DNA from: Myxococcota bacterium
GTDB taxonomy: Bacteria; Myxococcota_A; UBA796; UBA2385
NCBI GenBank assembly: GCA_044344255.1
Contig: JBIJDH010000005.1
Coordinates: forward strand, 297,669-361,668
DNA length: 64,000 bases
Direction: 5' to 3'
Position numbers and translations under genes: made by a program. Below the pieces are notes generated by a model, which worked only from the letters and a program-made list of their open reading frames with translations, ran no database searches and was not told where the DNA came from. Of the stretch, positions 1 to 9,703 are shown piece after piece; position 1 is the first letter of the stretch; each line of letters begins with the position of its first letter.

Positions 1-271
1 CCCTCGTCGGGGCGCTCGGCGCCGCCGCTGACCCGGTTGAGCGGGCGCGGCGCGGCGCGGCCGGCCCGGCGAGGTTGGTCGAAGGTGGCTTCTCTCGCGA
101 GGCGCAGGCGGAGGGTATGATCCGCGTCTGGCAAGGCAGAAGCCTGCGGCCCGTTGCCTAAAGTTTACTTGCAGGACCGCGCCGATTCTGGGATACCTTG
201 GGCCGTCGTCATGGCTCGCTACGGGCGCCTCTCGAGAGGCTTCGCTCCTCGCGTGCCGCTTAGGAGTCAGC

Positions 272-1201
272 ATGGGGCGTTCTTCCGGTCTTGTCATCGC
301 GCTCTTCTTGGTGTCCTGCGGCACCGACTACAACGTCGCTGGCGAGAAGCCCGAGGAGCACCCCGGGCGCGACGAGGACACCTCCAAGCCGGTGGTCGAC
401 ACCGATGATCCGATCCCCGAAGAGACGGGCGATCCCATCATCGACTCGGGCGGCACCACCGTTGACCCTGAGGCCCCCGTCGCCGTCTGCGCGGTGAACC
501 CCACCTCGGTGCACCCCCCCTACGAGTCCGCCCAGTGGCTCGGCACGGGCTCCTATGACCCCATGGGCCAGGAGATCACCGGCTACACCTGGACGCTCGT
601 GAGCCAGCCCTCTGGCTCCTCCGTCACCATGCCCTCCTGCAGCTCCTCGGTCTGCTCGGGCTTCAAGCCCGACCTCGCGGGCACTTACACGGGGCGCCTC
701 GTGGTGAAGACCGCCGACGGTCGCACCTCCCCCCCCTGTGAGACCGATCTCGAGGCCGTGCCCACCGAGGACTTCTGGGTCGAGATGTACTGGACCCACG
801 CCAACGACGACATGGACCTCCACCTCCTCGCGCCGGGCGGCACCTTTCAGGACATGTGGGGCACCGACTGCTACTACATCAACTGTACGCCCTCGATGGG
901 CTCCGTGGACTGGGGCGTGATGGGGGACAGCAGCGATGACCCCACCCTCGACCTCGATGACATCCCGGGCGTCGGCCCCGAGAACATCAACATCCAAGAC
1001 CCTGGAAACGGCGACTACACGGTCATCGTTCACGACTACACGGGCAGCACCCCCGATTACACGGGCGGCAACAGCGTCACCGTCAACATCTACGTGGGCG
1101 GTTCGCTCGTGTGGACCGACACCCGCTCGATCAGCGGCGACGGCTCGGCCGAGTACTTCGCCAAGGTGAGCTGGCCCTCCGGCACCGTCACCTCCCTCTG
1201 A
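272..1201 (+). CDS. Lipoprotein with a PKD/REJ-like Ig domain and a C-terminal YfaP/DUF2135-like domain
   Basis: AGGAG RBS upstream; lipobox LVSC; motifs SYDPMG..YTWTLVSQPSGS, DMDLHLL and LDLDDIPGVGPENINI. Confidence 0.7.
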   Translation: MGRSSGLVIALFLVSCGTDYNVAGEKPEEHPGRDEDTSKPVVDTDDPIPEETGDPIIDSGGTTVDPEAPVAVCAVNPTSVHPPYESAQWLGTGSYDPMGQEITGYTWTLVSQPSGSSVTMPSCSSSVCSGFKPDLAGTYTGRLVVKTADGRTSPPCETDLEAVPTEDFWVEMYWTHANDDMDLHLLAPGGTFQDMWGTDCYYINCTPSMGSVDWGVMGDSSDDPTLDLDDIPGVGPENINIQDPGNGDYTVIVHDYTGSTPDYTGGNSVTVNIYVGGSLVWTDTRSISGDGSAEYFAKVSWPSGTVTSL

Positions 1202-1228
1202 GGGGGCCGCGGGAGGGGCGAGCTCGGG

Positions 1229-2737
1229 ATGGATCCCCGCCCCCTCCGCGCCTGGCTCGAGGTCGCGGCGGCTACCGGTGACCGCGTGTTGGCCGCTGAG
1301 GCGGCAGCGCGCGCGGTTCGAGGAGACGGCTGGGACGTCGTGACCCGCGCCGGACCGCTCTCGCGGGCGTCCTTGGCGGTCGCCGACGTGGACCTGGGGC
1401 TCGACCACCGCCTGGAGGTCCGCCCGATCTCCACGCCCTCGCTGATCGCGCAGGTGCCCGCCGGGGCGCCCTACCCGGTCTGGGACGCCGGCGACCGCAA
1501 GCGGCGCGGCGCCTGGGACACGCCGCCCGAGCTGGTCCGTCGGGTGGTCGACCTCGCGCTCGCGGCCACCGCCCGGCGCCTCTCGCGGGGCGTCGACCCC
1601 GCCTGCGGCACCGGGGGCTTCCTCGTCGCCCTCGCCGAGCGTGGGGTGGAGCAGGTCGCTGGCGTGGAGCTCGATGCGGCCGCCGCCGCGGTGGCCCGGG
1701 TGGCGGTGCCCAAGGCTCGGGTCGTGGTGGCCGACGGCCTCACGCTCGACTTCGAGGCCGATCTCGTCGTCGGCAACCCGCCCTTCGTCGCCCCCGAGCA
1801 CCAGGACAAGGCCAGCCGGGCGGCGACCCGCGCGGCGGTCCCGGGGCTGGTGGGGCGCTTTGACCTCGCCGTGCCCTTCGCGACCCGCGGCGTGGAGCGG
1901 CTGCGGCCCGGTGGGGGCCTCGGGATGGTGCTGCCAGCCTCGATCTTCTGCGAGCCCTATGCCCAGGCGCTGCGATCGGCCTGGCTGCGGGAGGAGGCGA
2001 TCACCGGGCTCGTCGGCCCGCTCGACTTCCCGGGGGCCCGGGGGCGCGTGATGCTGCTCGGGCTGCGGCGGGGCGGGCCGCCGGTGCCCCTGCCCTCGGG
2101 CGCGCTGCCGACCGAGCTGCTCTCCCTGCAAGGCGCGCCGCTCGATCCGATCATCCTCCCCGGAGACGCCGAGCTGGTGCGGCGGATCCACGGTCGCAGC
2201 CTGCCGCTCGGCGCGCTCTGTGAGGTGGACACGGGGGTGGTCTCTCACGGCCCGCGAGGCGGGAAGGCCGCCCTCCTCGAGGCCGCGCCGGGGCCGGGCC
2301 TCGTGCCTTATGTGGACGCCGCCGACCTCGGGCGGGGGGCGGTCCGGGGCCTCCGCTACGAACCGGCGCAGATGCACCGCGCCAAGCGGCCTGGGCTCTT
2401 CTCGGCGCCCAAGCTGCTCGTCCAGCGCATCCGCGGCGGGGGCCCGCTCCGTGTCTGGCTCGATGAGGCCGGCCTATTCGCAGGCCACACCCTGCTCGTG
2501 GTCCTCCCCCGCCCCGGCGCTCCGCCTTTGGCTCGGCTCCAGGCCCTGCTCCAGAGCCCGCTCGTCCAGGGGTTGCTGCGGCTCGACTGGGGCGCCCGCC
2601 TCGACCTCTACCCGCGCGACCTCGCCGCGCTGCCCGTCCCCGTCACCTGGCTGGAGGCGCCCTCGGCCCCCCTCGAGGTCGCCTGGGAGCTCAAGCCCGA
2701 CGAGGTCCGCCGGCTCGAGGCCGTCGCGGCGGGCTGA
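1229..2737 (+). CDS. N6-adenine DNA methyltransferase (TaqI/Eco57I-like, gamma class), no cognate REase nearby
   Basis: TPPELV, motif I DPACGTGGFL, motif IV VGNPPF, and a C-terminal PKLLVQRI TRD-like segment. Confidence 0.8.
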   Translation: MDPRPLRAWLEVAAATGDRVLAAEAAARAVRGDGWDVVTRAGPLSRASLAVADVDLGLDHRLEVRPISTPSLIAQVPAGAPYPVWDAGDRKRRGAWDTPPELVRRVVDLALAATARRLSRGVDPACGTGGFLVALAERGVEQVAGVELDAAAAAVARVAVPKARVVVADGLTLDFEADLVVGNPPFVAPEHQDKASRAATRAAVPGLVGRFDLAVPFATRGVERLRPGGGLGMVLPASIFCEPYAQALRSAWLREEAITGLVGPLDFPGARGRVMLLGLRRGGPPVPLPSGALPTELLSLQGAPLDPIILPGDAELVRRIHGRSLPLGALCEVDTGVVSHGPRGGKAALLEAAPGPGLVPYVDAADLGRGAVRGLRYEPAQMHRAKRPGLFSAPKLLVQRIRGGGPLRVWLDEAGLFAGHTLLVVLPRPGAPPLARLQALLQSPLVQGLLRLDWGARLDLYPRDLAALPVPVTWLEAPSAPLEVAWELKPDEVRRLEAVAAG

Positions 2738-2740
2738 ATG

Positions 2741-3337
2741 TCACTTCTTGCTCTTGGCTCCGCCGCCCTTACCGCCACCCTTGCCGCCGCCTCCGCCTCC
2801 GCCGCTGCGGCCGCCGAAGCCGATGGACTGGACGAGGAGCCCTGCGAAGGTCACCCCGCCGAGGATCCAGAGGTCGCCCTCGCGGCCGAGGGCCCAGGCC
2901 ACGCAGAAGGCGCCGAGCACGCTCGTGATGGCGGGGAGGAGGCTCTGGTAGAGGTAGGGGAAGGTGAGCACGCCGACGGCCGCCCCCAGCGCCGGGATCC
3001 ACCAGCGGTCCGGATTGCTGTGTAAGAACCAGGGCGCCAGCAGGCGCGCGGCCGCCCCGCCTACCGCCGCCCCCGTCCCGCGGATGGCGATGCGTTCGGC
3101 GAAGTGGAAGATCAGGGCCAGGGCGACCGCGAGGCCGACCATCAGCGCCAGCTCGACCAGGTCGCTCTGCCCGCGCCCGAGCGTGTGACCGGCCCAGCCG
3201 CCGATCGCCACGCCGGGCGCCACGACGGCGAGCCGGTAGACCCGGGAGCCTACGAGGGCGAGCACCGCGCCGGTGAGACCGACGAGGATGCGAGGGTCGA
3301 GGAGTCGTTCGAGGAGATCGTGGGCGTTCAGGCTCAT
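2741..3337 (-). CDS. Multi-pass membrane protein (DUF4203/TM7S3-like)
   Basis: About 7 Gly-rich hydrophobic segments and a G/K-rich tail; ATG at 3337 chosen. Confidence 0.6.
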   Translation of the reverse strand: MSLNAHDLLERLLDPRILVGLTGAVLALVGSRVYRLAVVAPGVAIGGWAGHTLGRGQSDLVELALMVGLAVALALIFHFAERIAIRGTGAAVGGAAARLLAPWFLHSNPDRWWIPALGAAVGVLTFPYLYQSLLPAITSVLGAFCVAWALGREGDLWILGGVTFAGLLVQSIGFGGRSGGGGGGGKGGGKGGGAKSKK

Positions 3338-3395
3338 CGGGGCACCGGGGGAGAGTGCGGGATGATAAGCACGAGGCTTCACCGAAAGGGTCCCC

Positions 3396-4034
3396 ATGGA
3401 AGCCATTTCGACAAGTCAGATCGTTGCCATGGCCGGCGGCCTCGTCTGTTGCCTCGGTGTGGCCCTGTTGATCGTCATCGTCGCCGTGTTCCTGCTGCGT
3501 CGAAAGAAGGGGCCCGGAGACGACTCTGCCGCGCCGGTGAGCCCGGCTGCCGTCGGTTCGGGTGGCGGCGCGCCCTTTGCGGTGGCGGGGAAGGGTAAGG
3601 CGGTTGATGCCCCGGTCCCGGTCCCCGATGACCTCCCGGGTGACATGGGCGAGGTCGCGCCCAGCCGGCCCTCGGCGGCCAGCCCCGCCGCGCGTCCGCC
3701 GGCCCCGCCGCCGGCGGCCAAGCCGCGCTCCTCGGCCCCCGCCTCCCCCGACTCCACCATGCTCCCGCCGCCGGACATGCCGATCCCCCCGGACAAGCCT
3801 GTTTATACGGACGAGCCCGGCGTAGCGCGCACCCCGCCGCGGCCTGCGGGGCGGCCGGCGGCCAGCACGGCGCCTCCCGCCTCCTTCCAGTCTGTGAAGC
3901 TCGACTCCCCCTCTGGCCGGCAGCTCAAGCCGGGCGCCACCATCGTCCCGGATGATGACTGGGTCGACGAGCAGGTGCCCGAAGGCGACGCCACCGTGCT
4001 CTTCCCGCGCGGCAGTCCGAAGAAGACGGACTGA
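3396..4034 (+). CDS. Membrane-anchored Pro/Ala-rich hypothetical protein
   Basis: N-terminal TM helix followed by RRKK, then a low-complexity Pro-rich region. Confidence 0.6.
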   Translation: MEAISTSQIVAMAGGLVCCLGVALLIVIVAVFLLRRKKGPGDDSAAPVSPAAVGSGGGAPFAVAGKGKAVDAPVPVPDDLPGDMGEVAPSRPSAASPAARPPAPPPAAKPRSSAPASPDSTMLPPPDMPIPPDKPVYTDEPGVARTPPRPAGRPAASTAPPASFQSVKLDSPSGRQLKPGATIVPDDDWVDEQVPEGDATVLFPRGSPKKTD

Positions 4035-4049
4035 ACGAACAGGACTCCG

Positions 4050-5171
4050 ATGAAGAAGACTCCGCTCTTCCTGCAGCACGTAAGCCGTGGGGCCGTCACC
4101 GAGGTGCACGGCGACTGGCTGCTCGCCGAGCGCTTCGCCGCTGTGGAGGCCGAGGTGGCGAGCGTGCGCGCGGGCGCCGGCCTCTTTGACCTCTGCGACA
4201 CCGAGGTCTGGGAGCTCCACAGCCCCGACATCCGGCGCTGGGCCAACGGGATGTTCACGAACAACCTGAAGAAGCCCAAGGTGGGGGAGGGCAATCGTAA
4301 CGCCCTCTGTGACGATCGAGGGAGGGTCCACGGCCTGATTGACCTCTACCTCCTCGCCGAAGACCGCCTGCTCGTGGTGGGCGACGGGGTCAGCCGCGCC
4401 GCCTTCGAGCAGCGCTACGAGATGTACCTCACCCTCGACGACGTCGAGGTGGTGGACGTCGCAGGCGCGCCCTCCCTGCTCTCGCTGCAGGGGCCGGGCG
4501 CGGAGGCGGTGCTCGCCGCGGCGGGCCTCCCCATCCCGTCGAAGGATCACGCCCACGGCTTTGTGGGGGGAGATCCGCTGGCGGCGGGGCTCCGGGTGAT
4601 GCGACGCGACCGCCTGGGGCTCGGGGGCTTCGATCTCCTCGTCCCGGCGAGCGCCCTCGGGGAGAGCTGGGAGGCCCTCCTCCGGCTCGGCGCGACCCCA
4701 GCCGGAGCGGCCAGCTTTGAGGTCCTCCGCGTGGTCGCCGGGCGCGCCCGCTGGCCCCAGGACGCCGTCGAGCGCTCGATGGTGCACGAGCTCCGCCTCG
4801 CCGCCGAGGTCTGTGCCTTCGACAAGGGTTGTTATGTGGGGCAGGAGGTCCTCAACCGCGTGGACATCAAGGGCTCGATCAACTGGAAGCTGATGGGCCT
4901 CGAGCTCGCGGAGGACGCGCTGCCGCCCGCAGGCGCCGCGGTGGTGGTGGCCGATGCGGACGGCGGGAGCGAGGAGGTGGGCAAGATCACGAGCGCCTGC
5001 CGCTTCGCCGGCCGGGTGTTGGCCCTCGGCGCGCTGAAGAAGATCGCCTGGACGCCCGGCGCCCCGGTGACCGTGGTCGCGGGAGATCGACGCGTCGCGG
5101 CGGTGGTCTGTGAGCTCCCCTTCCGTGGGGGCGTGGCGGAGCACCCTCAGGACGCCTCTGTCCTCGCCTGA
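4050..5171 (+). CDS. ygfZ: YgfZ/GcvT-family folate-binding protein
   Basis: Signature KGCYVGQE; GcvT-like LSLQGP and GLFDL segments. Confidence 0.85.
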   Translation: MKKTPLFLQHVSRGAVTEVHGDWLLAERFAAVEAEVASVRAGAGLFDLCDTEVWELHSPDIRRWANGMFTNNLKKPKVGEGNRNALCDDRGRVHGLIDLYLLAEDRLLVVGDGVSRAAFEQRYEMYLTLDDVEVVDVAGAPSLLSLQGPGAEAVLAAAGLPIPSKDHAHGFVGGDPLAAGLRVMRRDRLGLGGFDLLVPASALGESWEALLRLGATPAGAASFEVLRVVAGRARWPQDAVERSMVHELRLAAEVCAFDKGCYVGQEVLNRVDIKGSINWKLMGLELAEDALPPAGAAVVVADADGGSEEVGKITSACRFAGRVLALGALKKIAWTPGAPVTVVAGDRRVAAVVCELPFRGGVAEHPQDASVLA

Positions 5172-5238
5172 GTCGGCGTCGCTGTCGTCGCTGTCGTCGG
5201 CGCGGCCGGGCGGAGGGGAGGCCACGGTCTCTGCGGCC

Positions 5239-6558
5239 GTGCAGCTGCCGGGCACCGTGGTCGAGACCTTCCTGCGCCGGGCGGCGGCGCGGGGGGAGCG
5301 CTCCCTGGCCGGGATCCGGATCGGGATCTGCCTCATCGGCATCGCCAACTTCCTGATCGTGGCCCAGGGCTGGGAGCCCCTCCTCCGCGGGGAGCCGAAG
5401 CAGGTCATCATCGTGACGGTGATGTCGTCGGGGGTGCTCTTCTCGTTGGGGGTCCGTCGGCGCCTGCGCGACCACCCGGCGACGCCCTTCCTGCTCGACC
5501 TCTCGGTGCTCCAAGACGCGCTGCTCACCCTGGTCGTGATGACCTGCTCCGTCGTGTGGCCTGTCGAGCACTACTCCGGGATGATGGGGCTCCCCAACCA
5601 GACGATGCTGTCGCTGGCGCTCGTGGGCTCGGGTTTCCGCCTGTCTCCTCGCGCGGTGTGGGTGGGGGCGGCGGTGATCTGGAGCTGGACGGTGGTGCTG
5701 CTCGTCTACGACACCACCTACCAGCTCGTCCCCTCCACCACGCCCGATGACTTCGGTGTCTTCGGGCTGCTCATGGTCTCGGCGGGGCTGCTCGGCCTCG
5801 GCGTGGCCACCCGCACCCGCAGCCTCGTGAGCGAAGGCGCCCAGGCCGTGGTCCAGGCCGAACGGGCGCGACAGCGACTCGGGGTCTACGTCTCGGAGGC
5901 GGTGGCCGAAGAGGTGATGGCGAGCGAGGTGCTCTCCCGGGGCGGCAGCCGAAGGAGGGTGGCCGTGCTCTTCTCCGACCTCCGCGGCTTCACCCAGTAC
6001 AGCGAGAAGCTCGATCCTGAGCAGCTCGTCCGCGAGCTGAACGCCTACCTCGAGGCGATGGGCACGGTCATCCGCGAGGAGGGTGGGGTGGTCGACAAGT
6101 ACATCGGCGACGCCATCATGGTGGTCTTCGGCGTCCCGCTGACGCGGGGCGACGAGGCCGAGCGCGCCATCCGCACGGCGGGCCGGATGCAGGAGGCGCT
6201 GGAGGCTCACAACCGCGACCGGGCCGCCCGCGGGCTCGCAGGGCTCCAGCAGGGCGTCGGCGTGCATTGGGGTGAGGCCGTCGCCGGCAACATCGGCACC
6301 GAAGATCGGCTCCAGTACACGGTCATCGGCGATGTCGTGAACCTCGCGAGCCGGCTCGAAGGGGCGACCAAGGAGCTCAAGCTCCCCGTCCTGCTGTCTG
6401 CAGACGTAGTGCAGGCCGCGCGGGCCAGCGGTGGCGCCATCCCCGCGCTCCACTCGGCTGGTCGGCTGTCGGTGCGAGGGCGGGAGGGGGCGCTCGAGGT
6501 CTTTGGCCTCTCCGGGCAGGGCGGCGTCCCCTCGCCGCCGCCGACCCCGATGGGCTGA
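5239..6558 (+). CDS. Membrane-bound class III adenylate/guanylate cyclase
   Basis: About 6 TM helices, then VAVLFSDLRGFT, DKYIGDAIM and YTVIGDVVNLASRLE; GTG start at 5239 is uncertain. Confidence 0.85.
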   Translation: MQLPGTVVETFLRRAAARGERSLAGIRIGICLIGIANFLIVAQGWEPLLRGEPKQVIIVTVMSSGVLFSLGVRRRLRDHPATPFLLDLSVLQDALLTLVVMTCSVVWPVEHYSGMMGLPNQTMLSLALVGSGFRLSPRAVWVGAAVIWSWTVVLLVYDTTYQLVPSTTPDDFGVFGLLMVSAGLLGLGVATRTRSLVSEGAQAVVQAERARQRLGVYVSEAVAEEVMASEVLSRGGSRRRVAVLFSDLRGFTQYSEKLDPEQLVRELNAYLEAMGTVIREEGGVVDKYIGDAIMVVFGVPLTRGDEAERAIRTAGRMQEALEAHNRDRAARGLAGLQQGVGVHWGEAVAGNIGTEDRLQYTVIGDVVNLASRLEGATKELKLPVLLSADVVQAARASGGAIPALHSAGRLSVRGREGALEVFGLSGQGGVPSPPPTPMG

Positions 6559-6591
6559 AGGCGCTAGGCGGACGGCGGCGCGCGGCGGCGA

Positions 6592-7158
6592 TCAGCGGCT
6601 CGTGTTCATCTCGGCGCTCAAGTAGGCCCAGTCGAAGTCCTGTTCGATCGAGATCAGCGACGTGCCGCCTTCGACGCCGCCCTCGAAGGGGACGTCCATC
6701 GAGTCCCAGCCGAAGTCGATCGTCCAGGAGCCGCTGATCGAGCCGAATTCCGCCTTGCCGCTGAGGTCGCCCTCGAAGCCGCGGCCCCAGTCGGGGTCGA
6801 TGCAGGCCGCGTAGCCGGAGAGCGAGCCGTCTTCTTGGATGGTGAAGGAGACCTCCCCGTTACAGGAGCCGGTCCCGCCCTCCCAGCCGCCGCCGCCCGA
6901 ATACTCGATGGTCCCGAGCATCTCCCCGTTGTACTCGCCGGCGTCCGAGGGCGGGTCAGCGTCGCTGTCGGCGTCGCTGTCGGAGTCGGCGTCACTGTCG
7001 GAGTCGCTGTCGGAGTCGGCGTCGCTGTCGGAGTCGGCGTCGCTGTCGGCGTCCGACTCGTTAGCGCCGTCGGCGCCGTCCTGGTTCACGGACCCGGTGT
7101 CGCCGCCGAGGACGACCTTGCCTGCGCCACAGGCGATGAAGAGTAGGGTGAGCAGCAT
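6592..7158 (-). CDS. Lipoprotein with Ser-Asp/Ala-Asp repeat linker
   Basis: GGAGG RBS; lipobox FIAC; DADSDADSDSD repeats; beta-rich C-terminal domain. Confidence 0.75.
   Translation of the reverse strand: MLLTLLFIACGAGKVVLGGDTGSVNQDGADGANESDADSDADSDSDADSDSDSDSDADSDSDADSDADPPSDAGEYNGEMLGTIEYSGGGGWEGGTGSCNGEVSFTIQEDGSLSGYAACIDPDWGRGFEGDLSGKAEFGSISGSWTIDFGWDSMDVPFEGGVEGGTSLISIEQDFDWAYLSAEMNTSR
6958..7060 (-). repeat. Coding hexamer-type tandem repeat (SD/AD dipeptides)
   Basis: Repeated gtcgctgtcg/gagtcggcgtc units encoding DSDADS. Confidence 0.85.
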
Positions 7159-7275
7159 CGAGCCTCCAAGTGGGGCGATGCCCGTCGACCCACCAGACCG
7201 ATCGCGGCGGCGCCACGATCCCTCTGGCTCCGTACTCAGCCCCGTCCACAGCCGCCGGGCTACCTTCCGGCCCCC

Positions 7276-8970
7276 GTGGTGGAGCTCCCGCTGTCCCGTT
7301 GGTTGTTCCGACTCGCGCCCCTCGTCCTGCCCGCGATCTGGCTCGCACAGGCGCGCGGCCTCGCCCTCGGCCGGCGCACCGGCGACCTCGTGAGCCACGT
7401 CTGGGCGGTCTGGAACGGCCTCCAGGGGGACCCCACCCGCAGCGCGCTCGTCGGCTTCCCGGCGGGGGTCGATCTCCTCACCATCTATGGCGGCTGGCTG
7501 CACACCTTCGTCGGGGTGCTCCTGGCCCGGGCCGGCCTCTCGCCGGTGCTCGCTTACTCTGCGGCGCTCGCGCTGATGCTCGCCGGGACGGGGCTCGGGG
7601 CCTATGTCCTCGCCCGGTCGGTGGGCCTCGGGCGCCCGGCCGCGGCCCTCGCGGCCCTCCTGCTCGAGCTCGACGGCTGGGTGCTCTACAACGCGATGGA
7701 CGGGCGACCGGAGCACGCGGGCTTCGGCCCCCTCTGCCTCGCGCTGGCCGGGGCGGTGGTCACCGCGCGCGGAGACGGCCCGCGCTGGGCGCCTGTCGCC
7801 ACCGGGCTCGCCGGGGCCCTCGTCTTCGTGGTGGGCTGGGAGCAGGCCCTCTGGCTCTTCCTCGCCATGCTGTGGTTGCTCCCGGCCCTCGTGGGGGGCG
7901 CCCCCGATCGGCGAGGGGCCGTTCGGCGCCTCGGCCTCGCGGCGGGCGTGGCCCTCCTCGCCGCCGCTCCCTGGGTGGGCCTGTTCTTCTCGCGCGCGCT
8001 CGGCGCCCGACACCTCTCTGAAGGCGCGGCGATGCTCGGGTACGCGCGCGACCAGAGCCTCGTCCTCGAGCAGTGGGCGGTCGGCTTCGGGCGGCAGCCC
8101 GCTCGCGCCGGCCTGCTCCTGCTGCTGGCCTCACCCATCCTCGTCCCCCGCGGGGAGCGGGGCCGCGCCCTCTGGCTGCTCGTCGGCCTCGGCCTCTCTC
8201 TCGTGCTGGCGCTCGGCCCCGCGCCCGGGCTCCGCCGCGTGGGCGACCTCGGCCTCACGGGCCCCTACGCCTGGATGCAGGTCACGCCGGTCCTCGGCTG
8301 GTTCCACTCTCCGGCCCGCCTCGCCATGGGGCTCTCCTTCGCCTCCACCCTCGCCGCCGCCTTCGCGGTCGAGCGCCTCGCGGGCTGGCTCCGCGCTCGA
8401 GGGGCCCCGCGCACGGCCGGGATCGCGGGCGCCCTCGTCGGGCTCGGCCTGCTCGGGGCGTCTGGCTGGGAGCTCGCTCAGGCGCGAGACTGGCCCCGCG
8501 GCGGCTTCAGCCTGCCCGAGCGTCCGGAGGTGACGGCCGTGGGGGAGCGCCCCGGGGCCGGCGTGGTGGTCGACCTGCCGGTGTCTCGCCAGGGGGTGCA
8601 CGCGCAGGACAACCAGCTCAATCAGCTCCTGCACCAGCGGCCGATCCCCGGCCACGCCTGGCTCCCCTGGCTGGCCTCCGATCGCACGGCCGACGCCTTG
8701 GCCTTGGCGCCCCTGCTGCGCTGGGCCTCCGACAGCACCACGCTCGAGGCCCCCCCCTTCTCGGAGGCCGATCGACAGGCCCTCCTCGCCGCGGGCTACC
8801 GCTTCATCGGCCTCACCCCTCGGTACCTCGGCCGCGATCGGGCGGCGGCGGTGAGCGAGGCGATGCAGGAGGCGCTGGGGCCGCCGATGACGGGCCGCTC
8901 GGCGCGCTGGCTCTGTTGGGATCTGGAGGGCGTGCGGCTGCGGCCGGCGGATCAGGGCGCGGCGCAGTAG
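7276..8970 (+). CDS. Polytopic membrane protein, GT-C glycosyltransferase-like (YfhO-like)
   Basis: More than 10 TM segments; FPAGVDL, PARLA and VVDLP...NQLLHQRPI segments typical of this myxobacterial family. Confidence 0.55.
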   Translation: MVELPLSRWLFRLAPLVLPAIWLAQARGLALGRRTGDLVSHVWAVWNGLQGDPTRSALVGFPAGVDLLTIYGGWLHTFVGVLLARAGLSPVLAYSAALALMLAGTGLGAYVLARSVGLGRPAAALAALLLELDGWVLYNAMDGRPEHAGFGPLCLALAGAVVTARGDGPRWAPVATGLAGALVFVVGWEQALWLFLAMLWLLPALVGGAPDRRGAVRRLGLAAGVALLAAAPWVGLFFSRALGARHLSEGAAMLGYARDQSLVLEQWAVGFGRQPARAGLLLLLASPILVPRGERGRALWLLVGLGLSLVLALGPAPGLRRVGDLGLTGPYAWMQVTPVLGWFHSPARLAMGLSFASTLAAAFAVERLAGWLRARGAPRTAGIAGALVGLGLLGASGWELAQARDWPRGGFSLPERPEVTAVGERPGAGVVVDLPVSRQGVHAQDNQLNQLLHQRPIPGHAWLPWLASDRTADALALAPLLRWASDSTTLEAPPFSEADRQALLAAGYRFIGLTPRYLGRDRAAAVSEAMQEALGPPMTGRSARWLCWDLEGVRLRPADQGAAQ

Positions 8971-9641
8971 TCCTGCGTCTTGCTGACCGAGGCGACCCGG
9001 ACGGTGGCCCCCTTCCGAATGACGAGCTCGCTCGCCCCCACCTCCGACCGCGGGTTGCCCCAGTCGTAGGTGTATCCGAGGCGGGTCCAAGGGTAGCCCT
9101 TGGCGCTGTAGCTCTGCGCCTGGAGCGCCTGCATCCAGGCGCGGTGCTCGGGCGGGGTGTCGTCGGGGAAGGTGAGGGAGCAGCGCGGGTCGGTGATCTC
9201 GGCGTCGGGGCAAGGGCGGAAGAGATCGACCGGGGCGGCCTCAAGGACCACGAAGCGGTCCTTCTGGTCCTCCGGCGGCAGGCCGAGGAGCTGCTCCAGC
9301 CGCGTGTTGAGGGCCTCGCCGGTGAGGCCCCACTTCTTGCATCGATCGTGGGTCTCGGGCACGACCGTCACCCAGACCTCTCGCGAGAGGGTGGTCTCCG
9401 CGCCGACCTGGCTGTCGTAACCATCCCAGTCTGTCCAGGTGACGAGCCGCACCCTCCCCGACTCGCCGACCCACTGCACGCGAGCGTCGTCGTGGGTGAT
9501 CGCGACCAGCTCACCCGAGACCTCCCCGGGCTCGGCCACGGCGGCGTCGGCGATGGCCATCGCGTAGAAGGCCCGAGGTTCGGGGCGGCTCTTGCGGAGA
9601 GAGGGCTCTGGGTGTGCGCAGGCGAGGAGGAGGATCAGCAT
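8952..9641 (-). CDS. Uncharacterised lipoprotein (YPWTRLGYTYDW motif)
   Basis: Lipobox LLAC; motifs RLEQLLGLPP, DLFRPCPD and YPWTRLGYTYDW; alternative start at 9653. Confidence 0.7.
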   Translation of the reverse strand: MLILLLACAHPEPSLRKSRPEPRAFYAMAIADAAVAEPGEVSGELVAITHDDARVQWVGESGRVRLVTWTDWDGYDSQVGAETTLSREVWVTVVPETHDRCKKWGLTGEALNTRLEQLLGLPPEDQKDRFVVLEAAPVDLFRPCPDAEITDPRCSLTFPDDTPPEHRAWMQALQAQSYSAKGYPWTRLGYTYDWGNPRSEVGASELVIRKGATVRVASVSKTQDYCAAP

Positions 9642-9703
9642 GGGCGGGAGCATATCCCGCCGCCGCCCGCCGCCGCCCGCCGCCCCTCTCCGGCTGGAGC
9701 CCC

